Shown here piece after piece: positions 8,011 through 15,014 of a stretch of 15,014 nt of DNA. The stretch lies in the NCBI GenBank assembly GCA_043750125.1, contig JAYVCD010000143.1:1-15014 (forward strand), in the 5' to 3' direction. Within the stretch, counting starts at the first letter, position 1; every line of letters begins with the position of its first letter. The position numbers and the translations under genes are program-made. This stretch comes from Archangiaceae bacterium (GTDB lineage: Bacteria > Myxococcota > Myxococcia > Myxococcales > Myxococcaceae). The notes below the pieces were generated by a model. It did not search any database. It worked only from the letters and a program-made list of their open reading frames with translations, and was not told the DNA's origin.

Positions 8011-8423
8011 GTGCGCGATCCCCGCTGCTTGGGAAGCGGCGTCACGCAGGTCCCGCTGGCCCGACAGACCACCAGCGGAGGATCGAGGATCTCGGCAGCT
8101 GAGTCGTTGATCTGCGGCGCCGCGCGAATCACCTTGCGAGCCTCAAAGCGCATCTGGCGGCTGGTCTTGCCCACTTTGATGATCTGTCCTTCAGCTTCGA
8201 TGTAGTCCCCGGCGTAAACCGGCGCCAGGAACTCGACCATTTCGTAGGCGCGGAAGAGCCCTTCGTCGCCGTCCAGCCGGATCAGCAGCTCGGTCGCCAC
8301 GTCCCCGAACAGACCCAGCATCCGCGCTCCATCGACCAGGTTTCCACCGTAGTGCGCATCGTGGGTTCCCATGCGCACCCGAAGGGTGACTTTCGGCCCC
8401 GCATCTTTTGGATCAGCGCTCAT
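8007..8423 (-). CDS. kal: 3-aminobutyryl-CoA ammonia-lyase (hotdog fold)
   Basis: RM...[12 protein letters not shown]....LFGDVATEL....DGDEGLF..Y..VEFLAPV.AGDYIEA. ATGA overlap with the kamE stop; pathway context. Confidence 0.93.
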   Translation of the reverse strand: MSADPKDAGPKVTLRVRMGTHDAHYGGNLVDGARMLGLFGDVATELLIRLDGDEGLFRAYEMVEFLAPVYAGDYIEAEGQIIKVGKTSRQMRFEARKVIRAAPQINDSAAEILDPPLVVCRASGTCVTPLPKQRGSRT

Positions 8424-9196
8424 TGCGGCTCTCCTTCCCAGTGTGTTCCGCGCTCTTCCTTGCCCATGCGCTGCAGCACCTGGTGGACGACGAAGTTCGC
8501 CACGTCCGAAGGCTTGGTCCCGGCTCCGAAGCCCGCATCGAAACCGAGCTCGATCGCAAGCTTATGGTCGACGCGAGGGCCACCCAGCAGCAGCGTCATC
8601 TTCTTGTGGATGCCTGCCTTCTTCGCTTCTTCGATGAACGCCCGCGCGTTGTCCTTGTGGACGTCGCGCTGGGTGACCACCTGGCTGACCAGAATGGCGT
8701 CGGCGCTCTTCTCTTTGGCGCGGCGAATCAGCTCTGCGTTGGGCAGCTGGCTTCCCAGGTTGAACGCCTCGAACCAGGGGTAGCGCTCGAGCCCGTAGTC
8801 TCCGGCGAAGCCCTTCATGTTGAGGATCGCGTCAATGCCCACGGTGTGGGTGTCGGTTCCGGTGCAGGCCCCGAACACCACCACCCGTCGGGCGATCTTC
8901 TCTTCAATCAGCTTGTTGAGCTCGCCGAAGCTCAGCTTCTTGATCACCAGCTCGGGAATGTCGATTTCCGAGTAGTCGATCGAAACCGCGGTGTGAACGT
9001 AGGCGATGAAGAAAGTGTAGTTGTCGGCAGCGCGCTCGGCCGCGGCGACCTTCACATCGGTAAACCCAAGTTTGGTGCAGAAGACCTGCGCGGCTTCTTT
9101 GGCCTTTTCCGAGAGCGGAACAGGCAGGGTAAACGAAATCTGGATCACGCCGTCGTCGCGCCGATCTCCGTAGGGACGAATGAGCTGGCGGGTCAT
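8420..9196 (-). CDS. kamE: Lysine 5,6-aminomutase beta subunit (AdoCbl- and PLP-binding)
   Basis: RPYGD...DG..Q.SFTLP dimerisation domain, [12 protein letters not shown] (DxHxxG B12 motif), NMKG (PLP lysine), [27 protein letters not shown]. Start moved to ATG 9196 ([11 protein letters not shown]). Confidence 0.95.
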   Translation of the reverse strand: MTRQLIRPYGDRRDDGVIQISFTLPVPLSEKAKEAAQVFCTKLGFTDVKVAAAERAADNYTFFIAYVHTAVSIDYSEIDIPELVIKKLSFGELNKLIEEKIARRVVVFGACTGTDTHTVGIDAILNMKGFAGDYGLERYPWFEAFNLGSQLPNAELIRRAKEKSADAILVSQVVTQRDVHKDNARAFIEEAKKAGIHKKMTLLLGGPRVDHKLAIELGFDAGFGAGTKPSDVANFVVHQVLQRMGKEERGTHWEGEPQ

Positions 9197-9203
9197 GGCG
9201 CGA

Positions 9204-9677
9204 TCACTTCCCGTAGGAAATGGACCCCACGATCGCCTTGAGCACCGCTCCAAAGCGCAGTGACTTCGAGCTGTTCGAGCTCATCGTCAGCACCCACTTC
9301 GTCGCGCCGTTGCAGCCGACGAAGGTCACCGTCGAGATCCTGTTCGCGTCCGTTTTCCCCGCGTCGGGCTCGCCGACATAGTCGGTCGTGACCTTGCGCA
9401 CCGCCGGTTGGGTGCCGATCACCTGGGGGTCCCAGCCATCTTTGCCGAGCTTCTCGAGCAGTTGGTCCAGACAGGCGCGGGCAGGACGTTTGGGCTCGAC
9501 GGTAAAGACCGTCAATTCCATCTGGGCTTCGTTGCCCGGAGCCACCCAGCTCTTCCCATCGGTCGCGTCGCTGCCCGTCCAGGCCGCCGGCGCCTTGAGG
9601 GTCAGCCCCGCGACCTTGGTGGAAGTCAGTGAATCGGCGCCCGACAGCAACAGCGCGGTGAGAAGCAATGCGTTCAC
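9204..9677 (-). CDS. Hypothetical exported protein, 157 aa (possible PsbP/DcrB-like fold)
   Basis: GTG at 9675-9677 overlaps the kamD TGA and has GGAGG just upstream. MNALLLTALLLSGA-D resembles a signal peptide. LTLKAPAAW near the N-terminus and F....KAIVGSI at the C-terminus are reminiscent of PsbP-like proteins. Two Cys. Ends 7 bp before kamE. Confidence 0.8.
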   Translation of the reverse strand: MNALLLTALLLSGADSLTSTKVAGLTLKAPAAWTGSDATDGKSWVAPGNEAQMELTVFTVEPKRPARACLDQLLEKLGKDGWDPQVIGTQPAVRKVTTDYVGEPDAGKTDANRISTVTFVGCNGATKWVLTMSSNSSKSLRFGAVLKAIVGSISYGK

Positions 9678-11224
9678 TTCGCCTCCAGCATCTCGAGAAA
9701 CGGGTTGAAGTAGTCGGGGGATTTCTCGATCACCCCGTCGAGACCTTTTCCTCCGGTCTCGGCGCGCTTCACGTCTCCAAAGCGACCCTTGCCGATCGCG
9801 GTCACCATTCCGTCGCGGTGACACTCTTCGAGCAGCTCGAGGGCCGCTGCGAAGACGAACCGCGCCCGGTTGGCGATTTTCCCGTCTTCCCGCACGACGA
9901 ACTCGTCATCGATGCCGCGGGCGGCCCGGTGAATGTACGAAGCCGACTTCAGCGCCACGTAACGATCTGCGAGCAAGGGGGTGTGCATCGCTTCGGTCAT
10001 CATTCCCAGCAACTGGATTCCCTGGTTGGTCCACACCGCGACCAGGTCGGCCATCACGTCGTAGGCGTGGCTGAAGAAGATGTCGGTCTGCTTGTGCTTC
10101 GTCGGCGGCATGTACTTCAGCGGCGCATCGGGGAAACAACGCCGCACCAGCATCGCCTGCGAGAGCTCGAGCAGCAGGGTCTCGTCCCGGTCGGGGTCAA
10201 TTTCGTAGCTGTGACCCAGGCCCAGCTGGGCGTCTTTCAGCCCGGCCCGCTTGGCGAAGCACTCGTTGATGAACTGGCTGGCGATCACCGTGTGGGCGGC
10301 GTCGTAGGCGTCAGCGGTGGTGATGTAGTTGTCTTCGCCGGTGTTGATGATGATCCCGGCCAGCGCGCAGATTCGCCGCGAGAAGTACTGATCGATGAAC
10401 GTGCGACGCATGTTGATGTCGCGGAAGAGAATTCCGTACATCGCATCGTTGAGCAGCATGTCCAACCGTTCCCACGCCGCGGCGAAGGCAATTTCGGCCA
10501 TGCACAGGCCCGACGAATAGTTGGTCAGCTGGATGTAGCGCTTGAGCCGCTTCGACTCTTCATCGAGCGCCTCGCGCATGATCCGGAAATTTTCCTGGGT
10601 GGCGTAGGTGCCGCCGTAGCCCTCAGTGGTCGCGCCGTGCGGGACGAAGTCGAGCAGCGACTGGGCGGTCGAGCGGATGACGGCGATCACATCGGCCCCA
10701 GCCTGGGCCGCCGCGCGCGCCTGGTCCACGTCGTCGAAGATGTTGCCGGTGGCGACGATCACGTACTTGTGGGGCGTCGGCCCCATCGGAAATTCGCTGC
10801 GAAGTGACTCGCGATGAGCCACCCGCCGCTTCAGCTCTTCCAGCGCCTGCCGCGCTTCGCCCCGCACCTCGTCTTTGAGCTTCGCCTCTTCTTCCGGGGC
10901 CAGCGCGGCCAGCTTCTCGAGCGGCGCCGCCGTCAAGCGCTCGACCGCCTCGAGCGGGCTCTGGGCTCCCATGCGCAGCGCGCGTCCGTACCAGTAGGCG
11001 GCTCCGCGATCGAGCACCTTGGCGGCGTGAAGCCGGTCGACCATCAGGTTGACCAATGGGGCGCCCATCGTCCCTACCCCATCGACCCCGAACCACCTGA
11101 GCACCGTGCGTTCGACGCTGACAGTGGTGTGGCGATCGATGTGCGAGAAGATCGGAGCAGTGATGTCGCGCGCGAGCTGCCGGGCGCGAGCGATCTGCTC
11201 ATCGGTGATGAACGGGCCGGGCAT
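9674..11224 (-). CDS. kamD: Lysine 5,6-aminomutase alpha subunit (TIM barrel)
   Basis: HTTVSVER, YVIVATGNIFDD, GADVIAVIRSTAQSLLD, GYGGT.ATQENFR, NYSSGLCM.EIA, MLLND..YGILFRDIN, INTGEDNY, KYMPPTK, GKGLDGV, YFNPF. GGAG RBS. Confidence 0.97.
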   Translation of the reverse strand: MPGPFITDEQIARARQLARDITAPIFSHIDRHTTVSVERTVLRWFGVDGVGTMGAPLVNLMVDRLHAAKVLDRGAAYWYGRALRMGAQSPLEAVERLTAAPLEKLAALAPEEEAKLKDEVRGEARQALEELKRRVAHRESLRSEFPMGPTPHKYVIVATGNIFDDVDQARAAAQAGADVIAVIRSTAQSLLDFVPHGATTEGYGGTYATQENFRIMREALDEESKRLKRYIQLTNYSSGLCMAEIAFAAAWERLDMLLNDAMYGILFRDINMRRTFIDQYFSRRICALAGIIINTGEDNYITTADAYDAAHTVIASQFINECFAKRAGLKDAQLGLGHSYEIDPDRDETLLLELSQAMLVRRCFPDAPLKYMPPTKHKQTDIFFSHAYDVMADLVAVWTNQGIQLLGMMTEAMHTPLLADRYVALKSASYIHRAARGIDDEFVVREDGKIANRARFVFAAALELLEECHRDGMVTAIGKGRFGDVKRAETGGKGLDGVIEKSPDYFNPFLEMLEAK

Positions 11225-11253
11225 GGCTCCGGTATACCTATTTCGGGAGGCGC

Positions 11254-12279
11254 TTAGACGTACCTTTCTTCGAACAGCTTGCGCAGCGCGGGCTCAGTGC
11301 GCAGCAACTGCAGCGTCAGTTCGGCGTGCCCGGGGACGTAGCCGTTGCCGATGATCATCGTCACGTCCTTGCCCACCCCTTCCGCGCCCAGGGCCGCCGC
11401 GGTGAAGCTGGTCGCCATCGAGAAGAGGATCACCGTGCCACCTTGCCGCACGCTCAAGATGCTCGCCATCTCGGTGTTGGGCACCGACGCGACGTTGACG
11501 ACCAGGTCCGCCAGCGCGCCTTTCGTCGCGGCAAAGACCTTGTCCATCACCTCGACCGACAAGGTGGCGTCGACGGCGATCGTCTCGTCGCACAGCCCAA
11601 GCCCCTTGAGCGTCGCCAGCGCCCTGGCCGAGATGTCGATCGCGATCAGCCGGCCGGTGCCTTTAAGGTTGTGGCGGGCCTGGGCCAGGCTCAGCGCACC
11701 ACTCTTTCCGGCTCCGAGAATCACCACTGTCATTCCCGGCTTCACGTGCCGGGCGACGAGCGCGGGCGCGCCACAGACATCGAGCGCGGCCAGGCTCAGG
11801 GTGTCCGGAAGATCTGAAGGCAGCCGCGCGTAGATTCCGCTCGCAAAAAGAATCGCGTGGCCCTCGATGTCCACCCGGTCGATCTCGGGGCGAATGCCCT
11901 TCACTTTGTGAATCACCAACGGAGTGAGGGTCAGGCTGACCAGGCTGGCGATCCGATCGCCAGGCTGAAGGCGGCCGAAATCGGGGTGCTGGGGCGACAC
12001 TTCGCGGACTTTGCCGATCAGCATTCCGCCCGAGCCGGTGACCGGGTTCTGCAGCTTCCCGCGCGCTCGAACGATCTCGACGATCGCCTCGATGATTTTC
12101 GCAGGGTCGCCCTGGGCAGCGTCCTTCAGCTGCTTGAACGAAGCAGCATCGACATTGAGGCTCTCTACGTCGATGCAGATCTCGCCCTCGCGCAGCGGGA
12201 GCGAAGGATCCAACTGGCGGGCGCGCTGAGGAAGTACGCCAACTTCACCCACCACCCGCTGGAACCCATAGGCGTCCAT
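11254..12279 (-). CDS. kdd: L-erythro-3,5-diaminohexanoate dehydrogenase
   Basis: YG..RV....GVLPQ, RGKLQNPVTGSGGMLIG, LVSLTLTPL, LDVCGAPA, GAGKSG (NAD binding), FSMATSFTAAALGAEGVGKD, IGNGY..GHA. Start moved to ATG 12279 (MDAYGFQRV). Confidence 0.95.
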   Translation of the reverse strand: MDAYGFQRVVGEVGVLPQRARQLDPSLPLREGEICIDVESLNVDAASFKQLKDAAQGDPAKIIEAIVEIVRARGKLQNPVTGSGGMLIGKVREVSPQHPDFGRLQPGDRIASLVSLTLTPLVIHKVKGIRPEIDRVDIEGHAILFASGIYARLPSDLPDTLSLAALDVCGAPALVARHVKPGMTVVILGAGKSGALSLAQARHNLKGTGRLIAIDISARALATLKGLGLCDETIAVDATLSVEVMDKVFAATKGALADLVVNVASVPNTEMASILSVRQGGTVILFSMATSFTAAALGAEGVGKDVTMIIGNGYVPGHAELTLQLLRTEPALRKLFEERYV

Positions 12280-12293
12280 CGCTAAGGGGCTCT

Positions 12294-12896
12294 TCAGAAC
12301 GTGTATTTGACCCGCAGCACGAAATCCAAAGTGTGGATGAGCTGGCTGCCGCCGAAAACTCCCCGCCAGCCCGCGTCGAGCCCGATGGTGAAGTGGTCCA
12401 TGTTGGTCGCGTACTCGAGGCTCAGTCCGGCTCCGCCGTGAAAGCCTTTGCTGAAATCTTCGATCGGCGCCGGGTCGAGGAAGGTGTAGCCGAAGAACAA
12501 TTTGGCGCCGACGTAGAAACGCTCGGCGACGCTGCGCATGAAGCCGACGCTGCCGCTGAGGAAGGTGATGGTGAAGTTGTCTGACTGCGAGCACACGTTG
12601 GTCGTGCTCAAGCCCGCCCAGCAGTTCGCAGCGTTCGCTCCGATGCCGACATGAAGGCCGACCGGAATGGCGTTCTTCTCGCCTTCGCCAAACCCGAACT
12701 GGTACCCAGCGCCCAGCTGCAAATACGACTGAAGGTTGCTGTAGCCGTTGTCTCCGCCGACGGTAAAAAAGCCGCCGATGCCAGTCTCGGTGAAGAAGCC
12801 ACGGCGCACCTTCAGCGGCACGCCCTCGGAAGGAGTCGCAGCTGCGGCAAATGCGGGGGCCAACACCAAACTCAGAACGACCAGGAACTTCCGCAC
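12294..12896 (-). CDS. gltH: Adventurous gliding motility outer-membrane beta-barrel protein GltH (CglE)
   Basis: Signal peptide MRKFLVVLSLVLAPAFAAA, RRGFFTET..G.FFT.GG...YSN.Q.YLQLG.GY, amphipathic strands, EY.T.MDHF, C-terminal VKYTF (BAM-type signal). Lies right after gltG. GTG start at 12896 has GGAG 7 nt upstream. Confidence 0.85.
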   Translation of the reverse strand: MRKFLVVLSLVLAPAFAAAATPSEGVPLKVRRGFFTETGIGGFFTVGGDNGYSNLQSYLQLGAGYQFGFGEGEKNAIPVGLHVGIGANAANCWAGLSTTNVCSQSDNFTITFLSGSVGFMRSVAERFYVGAKLFFGYTFLDPAPIEDFSKGFHGGAGLSLEYATNMDHFTIGLDAGWRGVFGGSQLIHTLDFVLRVKYTF

Positions 12897-12931
12897 GATC
12901 ACACTCCCCTCAAGGCCCCGAAAGGCGCGGC

Positions 12932-12959
12932 ACCATACCCGCGCATTTGCCGAACTCAA
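12932..12959 (-). promoter_or_regulatory. Putative sigma70-type promoter for gltH and downstream genes
   Basis: Minus strand TTGAGT (12959-12954), 16 nt spacer, TATGGT (12937-12932); located downstream of the gltG terminator. Confidence 0.45.
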
Positions 12960-13000
12960 CTCCAAAACACCCACCTGCCGCGAGTTGATCGCACGCGCTG

Positions 13001-13039
13001 AAATACAAACGGCGCGGACCTGAAAAGAGGGCCGCGCCG
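13001..13039 (-). terminator. Rho-independent terminator after gltG
   Basis: Minus strand CGGCGCGGCCCT-CTTTTC-AGGTCCGCGCCG (12-bp stem, one mismatch) followed by TTTGTATTT; begins 28 nt after the gltG stop. Confidence 0.75.
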
Positions 13040-13067
13040 AGGGGACTTCAAAGACTGAACCGGAAAC

Positions 13068-14903
13068 CTACTCTTCGCCGCCCTCTTCGCTGCCGGCCGG
13101 CTTGAAGATCCAGGGGAAGGTGACCGAGACGACGCCGCCGCCCTGGGGTTCGGGGAACTTCCACCGGCGAATGCGCGCCAGCATACAGTTCTCGGCGTTG
13201 TTGTTGCTCAGCGAAGTCTCAGAGACGTTCGCGTCGGCCACTGCGCCCGCGGGGTCGATGGTGAAGGCGACCGCCACCTTGCCCGAGAGATCCGGATTCT
13301 TCTGCAGTTCCTGCTCGAAGCAGAACTTGATCTCGTTCTGGTGACGCTTGATCACCTTCGCAATCACGTCCTTGGACAGACCGCCGACGACGGTGGTCTT
13401 GCCGGGGACGATGCGGGTGGTGTCCTTGCCGCGCCCACCGAGATCGATCGCGCCGTTTCCGCCGCTGCCGCGACCGCCCCCCTTGGTCCCAAGCCCGCCC
13501 AGGCCCAGCCCGGTGCCGCCGCCGCCCGAGCCGCTGCCGCGCGAGCCGAGGCCGCCGACGCCGTGCGCGTCACCCAGGCCGGCTCCACCCTGCAGGCCGC
13601 CGAGCGCGTTGTTGATGCCCGTGCCCAGGCCGCCGGGGCCAAAGACGTTCGAGGCCGCGCCGTTCCCGGCCAGTGCGCCGAGCAGACCCGCGGTCTGAAT
13701 CTTCTTCCGATCTTCTTCGCGCTTGTTGGCGTCGACCACCGGAGCGCCCTTCTTCGAAGGGTCGGCGTCCTTCTTCTTCTCGTCCTTCTTGCCGAACTTG
13801 CCCTCGTCTTCCTTGGGCTTGGCGCCTTCCTTGATGCCCGAGAGATCTTTGAGCTTCTTGATCTCGACCTTCTTCTCGGCCCGCACCAGCATCTTCACGT
13901 ACTTGCCCGGGTTGGCGAAGATGTCGTCGGAAGCGCTGCCATCGCCCAGAGGGTTGAGGATCATCGCCGCGACGAGCGCGATGAACGCCATGATGCAGAT
14001 CGACGCAATCTTGAAGAAGGTGAAGTCCGAGTCTTCGAGCGTGTTGACGCTGAGCGCGACGCTGGGCCGCACGTAACGAAGGATGAACGCCACGTTCTCG
14101 AAGCTGACCTGGGCGCGATCGTGGAGGCCGAGCTCGATCGCATCGGCACGCACGCCGCCCTCGGCGCCGCGCAGCTTGCCCTCGCTCTTGAGCTGCTCCT
14201 TGGTCTTGTGGGTGTCTCCGCCCTTCGACAACACCAGCCCCGCTTCGGCCGGAACATTGACGAGAGTGTTGGCGCCCTTCGCGGTGGCGAGGGTGAACAG
14301 CTGCCCGACCCCGCCCGAGAAGACGTTGAACTTTGCGCCCGCGCCTTCGCCGATCGTCACCGGGACGCCATCGGCAAAATGCTGAACGTTGATCAGCGTG
14401 TCGCCCCACAGCAGGGCCACCTGAAGGACCTTCGAATCTTCGGATGGAGTGGCTTCAGGCGGCAGCGGCTCGGTAAACAGCACCGCGGCGTTGCGCCCGG
14501 TGCCCGCAAGCGCACGCGGAGGAAGCTTGGGCGCCTTCTTTTCGCGCGGCGCGATCGCCGGGGCCGAAGGGGCCGGGTGTGAGGAACCGTTGAGATCGTT
14601 GAAGACCACCTTGACCTGAGACCCACCCACCGAGAGCTGGTCGCCCGAGGTGAGCGTGACCGGATCTTTGATTGCCTGATTCTTGAACTTGGTGCCGTGC
14701 TCGCTGCCGAGGTCGATCGCGGTGACGATCCCCGACTTCTCGACTTTGAGCATGAAGTGAAGGTTCGAGACGCGGGGGTCGGTGATCTTGACCGCGGCGC
14801 CGGCGCCTGATCCGACGATGACACTCTCGAGATCCGAAGTGGACTCAGAGACCGTCCCGTCAGGGCCGGTGATCTGCAAGGTGATGGAGGTCTTTTGGGC
14901 CAT
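13068..14903 (-). CDS. gltG: Adventurous gliding motility protein GltG (FHA-like domain, TM helix, Lys- and Gly-rich linker, TonB-C-like domain)
   Basis: N-terminal FHA-like domain (DPRVSNLH, DLGSEHGT, L.SGD.L.VG), LQVALLWGD domain, TM segment IASICIMAFIALVAAMIL, Gly-rich linker, C-terminal I.FCFEQEL...P.L.GKV...F.I...G.V...C....I.RWKFP.P.GG.V.V.FP. Flanked by gltF- and gltH-like genes. Confidence 0.9.
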   Translation of the reverse strand: MAQKTSITLQITGPDGTVSESTSDLESVIVGSGAGAAVKITDPRVSNLHFMLKVEKSGIVTAIDLGSEHGTKFKNQAIKDPVTLTSGDQLSVGGSQVKVVFNDLNGSSHPAPSAPAIAPREKKAPKLPPRALAGTGRNAAVLFTEPLPPEATPSEDSKVLQVALLWGDTLINVQHFADGVPVTIGEGAGAKFNVFSGGVGQLFTLATAKGANTLVNVPAEAGLVLSKGGDTHKTKEQLKSEGKLRGAEGGVRADAIELGLHDRAQVSFENVAFILRYVRPSVALSVNTLEDSDFTFFKIASICIMAFIALVAAMILNPLGDGSASDDIFANPGKYVKMLVRAEKKVEIKKLKDLSGIKEGAKPKEDEGKFGKKDEKKKDADPSKKGAPVVDANKREEDRKKIQTAGLLGALAGNGAASNVFGPGGLGTGINNALGGLQGGAGLGDAHGVGGLGSRGSGSGGGGTGLGLGGLGTKGGGRGSGGNGAIDLGGRGKDTTRIVPGKTTVVGGLSKDVIAKVIKRHQNEIKFCFEQELQKNPDLSGKVAVAFTIDPAGAVADANVSETSLSNNNAENCMLARIRRWKFPEPQGGGVVSVTFPWIFKPAGSEEGGEE

Positions 14904-14922
14904 GGGGTTGCGTTTCGCGCTC

Positions 14923-15014
14923 TTAAAGGTTGTCCACCGACTTCTGCAGCTCGGGCACGAAGTTGTCGCGCACCTTGATCAGGCTCTTGAAGCTCGTCTT
15001 CTTCTTCGAGATTG
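14923..15014 (-). CDS. gltF: 3' end of adventurous gliding motility protein GltF (CglF), truncated by the window edge
   Basis: Not in the ORF track. The minus strand from 15012 reads ISKKKTSFKSLIKVRDNFVPELQKSVDNL-TAA, matching the F.SLI..R.NF..EL..S..NL C-terminus I recall for CglF. Ends 19 bp before gltG, the expected gene order. Confidence 0.85.
   Translation of the reverse strand, partial: ISKKKTSFKSLIKVRDNFVPELQKSVDNL

Noticed and set aside
11225..11253. AT-richer kdd-kamD spacer with a GGTATACC palindrome
   Set aside because: Only 8 bp with no proper TANNNT or -35 element; far too short for a cobalamin or lysine riboswitch.
12280..12594. Apparent 105-aa N-terminal extension of Kdd overlapping gltH (likewise the track extensions of kamE, orf157, gltH and the carboxyltransferase)
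   Set aside because: Family similarity, signal peptides or RBS/overlap signals point to downstream starts. The extensions are off-frame reads of neighbouring genes or of intergenic DNA.
12897..13000. Possible riboswitch or sRNA upstream of gltH-kdd, including a small UUCG hairpin near 12915-12926
   Set aside because: No lysine or cobalamin riboswitch core is recognisable and the space is too small. The hairpin has only about 4 bp; an Rfam scan would settle it.
13430..13690. GCC/CCC-rich quasi-repetitive DNA
   Set aside because: It encodes the Gly-rich linker of GltG; there are no discrete repeat units or spacers, so it is not a CRISPR array or VNTR.

Overview
High-GC, gene-dense chromosomal segment, most likely from a myxobacterium (Myxococcota), judged from the gliding genes. 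In order: the 3' part of a Cys-rich repeat protein and argS (+); an MshEN/GspE-N-like-GAF-class III adenylate cyclase and a lipoprotein with Ca-loop-like motifs (-); a stand-alone acyl-CoA carboxyltransferase (+); then a long minus-strand run gltF(partial)-gltG-[terminator]-gltH/cglE-kdd-kamD-orf157-kamE-kal-kce. This run is the end of the gliding-motility G1 cluster directly abutting a B12-dependent lysine-degradation operon. Most notable points: gltH appears separated from gltG and joined to the lysine operon; an uncharacterised exported protein is translationally coupled between the two lysine 5,6-aminomutase subunits; kamA/kamBC are absent from the cluster; the cyclase has a c-di-GMP-receptor-like N-terminus; and ArgS has an AFHH version of the HIGH motif and looks yeast/mitochondrial-like. 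I saw no rRNA, tRNA, CRISPR array or mobile element. All family assignments come from motif recognition by eye; no searches were run.
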